The translations under genes and the position numbers were made by a program. From an uncultured Chloroflexia bacterium (GTDB lineage: Bacteria > Chloroflexota > Dehalococcoidia > DSTF01 > JACRBR01): a stretch of DNA of 64,000 nt. Shown here piece by piece: positions 59,953 through 64,000 of the stretch. Position 1 is the first letter of the stretch; every line of letters begins with the position of its first letter. The notes beneath the pieces were generated by a model, which was given only the letters and a program-made list of their open reading frames with translations, searched no databases and was not told where the DNA came from. The stretch spans positions 2,689,366 to 2,753,365 of the forward strand of contig OY969567.1 of the NCBI GenBank assembly GCA_963701135.1, in the 5' to 3' direction.

Positions 59953-60390
59953 CTATGCCTGGGCGTGGCGGCGCTTTGCGACGGGGATGAACGTCGTGAG
60001 GCGGGCCTGCATCTCCCGCAGGGTGCGCTGGAACGCGGCGAGCTTTTCGTCATCGGCGCCGGTGACCGCGGCGGGGTCGGAGAAGCTCCAGTGGATGCGC
60101 TCGGGGGCGCCGGGGAACACCGGGCACTGCTCCGCGGCCGCATCGCAGACGGTGATCACGTAGTCGAACGACTGGCCGTCGAACTCCGAGACGTGCTTCG
60201 AGCGCTCGCCGGCGAGGCCGATGCCGGCGCCGGACAGCACGCGCACGGTGTAGGGGTTGATGCCCTTCGGCTCGGTGCCGGCGCTGTGCACGTCGAACGC
60301 ATCGCCGGCCATCTGGCGCAGCAGCGCCGCGCCGATGATGCTGCGCGCGGAGTTGCCGGTGCAGAGGAAGAGCACGCGGATCGCGTTCAT
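59953..60390 (-). CDS. arsC: Arsenate reductase, LMW-PTP type
   Basis: It starts at ATG 60390 (MNAIRVLFLCTGNSARS), which gives a CX5R P-loop. Downstream cysteines are present (VCDAAAEQCP). Confidence 0.85.
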   Translation of the reverse strand: MNAIRVLFLCTGNSARSIIGAALLRQMAGDAFDVHSAGTEPKGINPYTVRVLSGAGIGLAGERSKHVSEFDGQSFDYVITVCDAAAEQCPVFPGAPERIHWSFSDPAAVTGADDEKLAAFQRTLREMQARLTTFIPVAKRRHAQA

Positions 60391-60398
60391 GTCGCACC

Positions 60399-61529
60399 TC
60401 ACGCAGGTAACTCTGGCGACGCCGCGCGCCGTCCTCGCCCGAACTGGAGCCTGCGCCCCCACCAGAGCGCCACATACACCAGCGCCACGAGCGCCGGCAC
60501 TTCGATCAGCGGCCCGACGACGGAGGCAAGCGCCTGTCCGCTGTCGATGCCGAATGTACCGACGGCCACGGCGATTGCCAGCTCAAAGTTGTTCCCCGCT
60601 GCCGTAAACGACATGGCGGCGGTCTCCTCGTAGGAGAACCGGCTTCGCCAGCCGAGCCAGAACGCGGTGAAGAACATCACCGCGAAATACGCCGCCAGCG
60701 GCAGGGCGATGCGGACGACGTCGCCCGGCGCGTGCACGATCACGTCGCCTTTGAGGCTGAACATGACGACGATCGTGAACAGCAGCGCGATCAGCGACGT
60801 CGGCGCCAGACGTGGCATGAACTGATCCTCGTACCACGCGCGGCCCCGCGCCTTGATGCCCCAAACGCGCGTCAGCATCCCGAGCGCGAGCGGCAGCCCG
60901 AGGAAGATGAGCACGCTGCGCGCCACCTCCCAGAAGCCAATGTGGACGTCCTGTGTGTCAAGACCGAAGACCCGCGGCAGGATGGCCAGGAACAGCCAGG
61001 CGTACAGGGAATAGGCGAGCACCTGAAACACGCTGTTGAGCGCCACGAGCGCCGCCGCGTCCTCCCGGTCGCCGCCGGCGAGGTCGTTCCAAACGAGCAC
61101 CATCGCGATGCAGCGCGCCAGCCCGACGAGGATGAGCCCGGTACGGTACTCCGGCTGGTCCGGCAGGAATATCCAGGCAAGTCCGAACATCACGAGCGGC
61201 CCAACGACCCAGTTGAGCGCCAGCGACATGCTGAAGAGCTTCCAGGCACGCCCGACGCGCGAAAGCTCCTCGTACTTCACGCGGGCGAGCACCGGGTACA
61301 TCATCCACAGCAGGCCCAGCGCGATCGGAAACGAGATCGTGCCGACGCGCGCCGCATCGAGCCCGTCGGCGACGCCCGGGGCGACGGCGCCCAGGCCGAT
61401 ACCAAGCGCCATGGCGAGGAAGATCCAAACCGGTAAGAGACGATTGAGAAGCGAGAGCCGCTCGATGATCTGGCCGGTCCGCACGGGTTGGACGACCAGC
61501 GTTGTCGTCTGGCTCATCGGTGCGGCCAC
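60399..61529 (-). CDS. acr3: ACR3 family arsenite efflux transporter
   Basis: This is an intact 376-aa polytopic ORF. LPVWIFLAMALGIGLG, the GLARCIAMV context and its position between arsR and arsC support the call. Confidence 0.85.
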   Translation of the reverse strand: MAAPMSQTTTLVVQPVRTGQIIERLSLLNRLLPVWIFLAMALGIGLGAVAPGVADGLDAARVGTISFPIALGLLWMMYPVLARVKYEELSRVGRAWKLFSMSLALNWVVGPLVMFGLAWIFLPDQPEYRTGLILVGLARCIAMVLVWNDLAGGDREDAAALVALNSVFQVLAYSLYAWLFLAILPRVFGLDTQDVHIGFWEVARSVLIFLGLPLALGMLTRVWGIKARGRAWYEDQFMPRLAPTSLIALLFTIVVMFSLKGDVIVHAPGDVVRIALPLAAYFAVMFFTAFWLGWRSRFSYEETAAMSFTAAGNNFELAIAVAVGTFGIDSGQALASVVGPLIEVPALVALVYVALWWGRRLQFGRGRRAASPELPA

Positions 61530-61599
61530 GCCATGATTCGCTCGGCAATCATCGATGTGTACTCAGGCCACCGGCGACTTGCCGGCGACGAAGGCGCGC

Positions 61600-61881
61600 T
61601 CACAGCGCGACGATCATTTGCTTCAGCCACAGCATTCCCTCGCGGTTGATGCAGTAGCCGGAGCGCGGCCCCGGCCCGCATTGCTCGATGAGCCCCGCGT
61701 CCTTCAGCACGCGCAGATGCTCCGAAACCGTGGACTGCGCCAGGCCGGCGTGCCGCGTCAGGTTGACGCAGGTCTGGTCGCCGCTGTCCGCGAGCGTGCG
61801 TAGGATCTCGATCCGGGCCGCGTTCGAGAGCGCCCGGGACATCGCCGCGAGCCGATTCACGTCAATCCATGCCTGGCTCAT
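61600..61881 (-). CDS. arsR: ArsR/SmtB family transcriptional regulator
   Basis: This 93-aa ORF has a winged HTH (RIEILRTLADSGDQTCVNLTRHAGLAQSTVSEHLRVLKDAGLI). Confidence 0.85.
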   Translation of the reverse strand: MSQAWIDVNRLAAMSRALSNAARIEILRTLADSGDQTCVNLTRHAGLAQSTVSEHLRVLKDAGLIEQCGPGPRSGYCINREGMLWLKQMIVAL

Positions 61882-62074
61882 ATCATCGTCACAGTACGAT
61901 GGTTAGAGGGTGGCGCGCAAGGCCGCTGGACACGGCAGGAAGGGCGCGCCGGCGGTCGTCGCGAAATCGCGTGCACGAAATGTGCCTGTAACATCGATCC
62001 TGTACAGTGCGGTCGCAAACGATCAGGAAGGACGGCGGGGCGACCGCCAACAGCGACACTGGGAGCAGCGAGGA

Positions 62075-63079
62075 ATGGGTTCGTACAAGGCGGAATACAT
62101 CTGGATCGACGGCACGAAGCCGACGGCCAAGCTCAGGTCAAAGACGAAGATCGTCCCGGAGGGACAGGAGCCGCCGATCTGGGGATTCGACGGATCGAGC
62201 ACCAACCAGGCGCCGGGGTCGAACTCCGACTGCGTGCTGAAGCCGGTGTTCGTGTGCCCGGACCCGCTGCGCGGCGGCGACAACAAGCTCGTGCTCAACG
62301 AGGTGCTGCTCACGGACATGAAGCCGCACCCATCGAACACGCGCTCGGCGTGCGTGAAGACGGCGAAGAAGTACGCGAAGCACGACACCTGGTTCGGCAT
62401 CGAGCAGGAGTACACGTTCTTCGAGGGCGCGAAGCCGCTGGGCTGGCCGGACAACGGCTTCCCCGCGCCACAGGGCGGCTACTACTGCGGCGTCGGCGCC
62501 GATGAGGTGTTCGGCCGGGAGATCGTCGAAGCGCACACGGACGCGTGCATGGCCGCGGGCATCGCCATCTCCGGCACCAACGGCGAGGTGATGCCGGGGC
62601 AGTGGGAGTTCCAGGTCGGCCCCGTCGGCCCGGTCGAAGCATCGGACGAGCTGTGGGTCGCGCGCTGGCTGCTCTACCGCATCGCGGAGGACTTCGGCGC
62701 GACGGCGACGCTCTATCCGAAGCCGGTGAAGGGCGACTGGAACGGCGCGGGCGCGCACACCAACTTCTCGACGAAGGAGATGCGCTCCGGATACGACGCG
62801 TGCGTGAAGGCGGCGCAGGCGCTCAGCAAGAAGCACGATCTGCACATCGCCAACTACGGCTACGCGATCGAGGAGCGCCTCACGGGCCTGCACGAAACGT
62901 GCTCGTACAAGGAGTTCCGCTACGGCGTCTCCGACCGCGGCGCATCGGTGCGCATCCCGTGGCAGGTGGCGATCGACCGCAAGGGCTACATCGAAGACCG
63001 GCGCCCGAACGCGAACATGGACCCGTACGTCGTAACGCGCCTGATCACGGACACGGTGTGCAGCTCGTTCGAGCGGTAG
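62075..63079 (+). CDS. glnII: Glutamine synthetase type II
   Basis: It starts at ATG 62075 (MGSYKAEYIWIDG). Motifs are GFDGSSTNQA, EVMPGQWEFQVGP and WNGAGAHTNFS. It is 334 aa. The upstream part of ORF 61910 is unlikely to be coding. Confidence 0.9.
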   Translation: MGSYKAEYIWIDGTKPTAKLRSKTKIVPEGQEPPIWGFDGSSTNQAPGSNSDCVLKPVFVCPDPLRGGDNKLVLNEVLLTDMKPHPSNTRSACVKTAKKYAKHDTWFGIEQEYTFFEGAKPLGWPDNGFPAPQGGYYCGVGADEVFGREIVEAHTDACMAAGIAISGTNGEVMPGQWEFQVGPVGPVEASDELWVARWLLYRIAEDFGATATLYPKPVKGDWNGAGAHTNFSTKEMRSGYDACVKAAQALSKKHDLHIANYGYAIEERLTGLHETCSYKEFRYGVSDRGASVRIPWQVAIDRKGYIEDRRPNANMDPYVVTRLITDTVCSSFER

Positions 63080-63115
63080 GGGTTAGGTGTTAGGTTCTAG
63101 GTTCTAGGTTCTAGG
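63078..63115. repeat. Heptamer array (GGTTAGG/GGTTCTA)
   Basis: aggggttaggtgttaggttctaggttctaggttctagg starts within the glnII stop codon. Confidence 0.85.
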
Positions 63116-63149
63116 AAGAAGCGCCGCGGGTTCCCCGCGGCGCTTCTTC
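63115..63149. terminator. Bidirectional hairpin terminator between convergent genes
   Basis: GAAGAAGCGCCGCGG pairs with CCGCGGCGCTTCTTC, giving a stem of about 15 bp and a short loop. Confidence 0.65.
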
Positions 63150-63185
63150 TTCGTCCCTACAAACTACAAGCCACGAACTCTAACC

Positions 63186-63987
63186 TCACCGGCCCTCGAA
63201 GTGGGGCTCGCGGCGCTCGATGAACGCCTTGACGCCTTCGGCGAAGTCCTTCGAGCCGAAGAGCGGCAGCAGTTGCAGGTACACGTGGTGGACGTTCGCC
63301 TCGAACGTCTCGTCGAGCGAGAGGCGCATCATGCGTTTGGTCGCCTGGACGGCGAGCGGCGCGTTGGCGGCGATCTCGGCGGCGAGCGCGTGCGCCTCGG
63401 GCATGAGCTGATCGGCGGGCACGACCTTCGACACGAGGCCGAGCTCGAGCGACTGCTGCGCGTTGAGGATGCGTCCCGTGAACGCCAGCTCGGCGGCCTT
63501 CGACCAGCCGAGCAAGCCGCGGCAAAAGCCAGGTGCCGCCGCTCTCCGGCAGCACGCCGCGCTTCGTGAACACGGCGGCGAGCTTCGCGTTCTCGGACGC
63601 GATGCGGATGTCGCAACCGAGCGCGAGGTCGAGGCCGTAGCCGGCGGCGGCGCCGTTGAGCGCGCAGATCACCGGCTTGTCAGTCTGGTGCAGGACGATC
63701 GGCGGCGCATCGGCCAAATCGAACTTGGCCGGCAGGCCGCCCGCGCCGTTGATGCTGTTGTCGTTGGCGTTCGCGCCCTGCTCCTTGAGGTCGAGCCCGG
63801 AGCAAAAGCCCTTGCCCGCGCCCGTGAGGATGATGGCGCGCACGTTGCGGTCGCGGTCGGCCTCGCGGAACGCGGCCGAGAACGACGCGAGCATGCCGCC
63901 GCTGATCGCGTTGAGCCGCTCCGGCCGGTTGAGCGTGATGGTGGCGACGTTGTCGCTGACGTCGTAGAGCAGGTCGCGGTACGTCAT
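63186..63987 (-). pseudogene. Enoyl-CoA hydratase/isomerase family protein, one frameshift
   Basis: It starts at ATG 63987 (MTYRDLLYDVSDNVATITLNRPERLNA, GKGFCSGLDL). The C-terminal 109 aa lie in ORF 63186-63515. An extra G near 63520 separates the frames. Confidence 0.8.
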
Positions 63988-64000
63988 GTTGGCGCCCCTT

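Overview
This is a high-G+C bacterial chromosomal window. Hand counts of single 60-nt lines give about 70% G+C in core genes and about 52% in one inserted segment. It is gene-dense on both strands. I recognised no rRNA, tRNA or CRISPR, and I cannot assign a taxon from sequence alone.

Recognisable genes, in order:
- GNAT, PhoD-like phosphatase and RidA.
- A glycogen/trehalose block: three GH57 genes, glgC and two TreT-like GT4 genes.
- A two-domain multicopper oxidase.
- A partial serS copy and an intact serS, flanking a low-GC insert that carries secreted proteins, a zinc protease and an IS remnant.
- NUDIX, GNAT, Ada, an M16 peptidase and a GGDEF cyclase.
- A second low-GC insert with a metzincin and secreted proteins.
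- Two tandem GT-C (GT39/ArnT-like) glycosyltransferases, with a third decayed copy further on.
- gdh, folK-folP and an MBL hydrolase.
- A phage-like structural gene run.
- A galE-like gene, fabF and folC.
- A DrrAB-like ABC exporter, vapBC and VanZ.
- A phage packaging module (portal, terminase), then hicAB.
- An arsR-acr3-arsC operon, glnII and an enoyl-CoA hydratase.

Things worth a second look:
1. Nearly every intergenic gap holds tandem arrays with a strict 7-nt period, drawn from a small set of unit families. The arrays abut or overlap gene termini.
2. A ydaO-class (c-di-AMP) riboswitch lies in front of the intact TreT-like gene.
3. Both low-GC inserts are bounded by direct repeats that duplicate part of the interrupted host gene.
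4. A promoter-plus-long-palindrome module occurs twice, with compensatory changes in the inner stem.
5. There is a 138-bp tandem repeat built from two hairpin motifs.
6. There are two near-consensus or consensus sigma70-type promoters. One drives a terminator-ended leader upstream of the ABC exporter. The other has no downstream gene.
7. Frameshifts are strikingly patchy. Some multi-kb blocks carry many and neighbouring blocks carry none. This may be homopolymer sequencing error or real gene decay, and I cannot decide which from one sequence.
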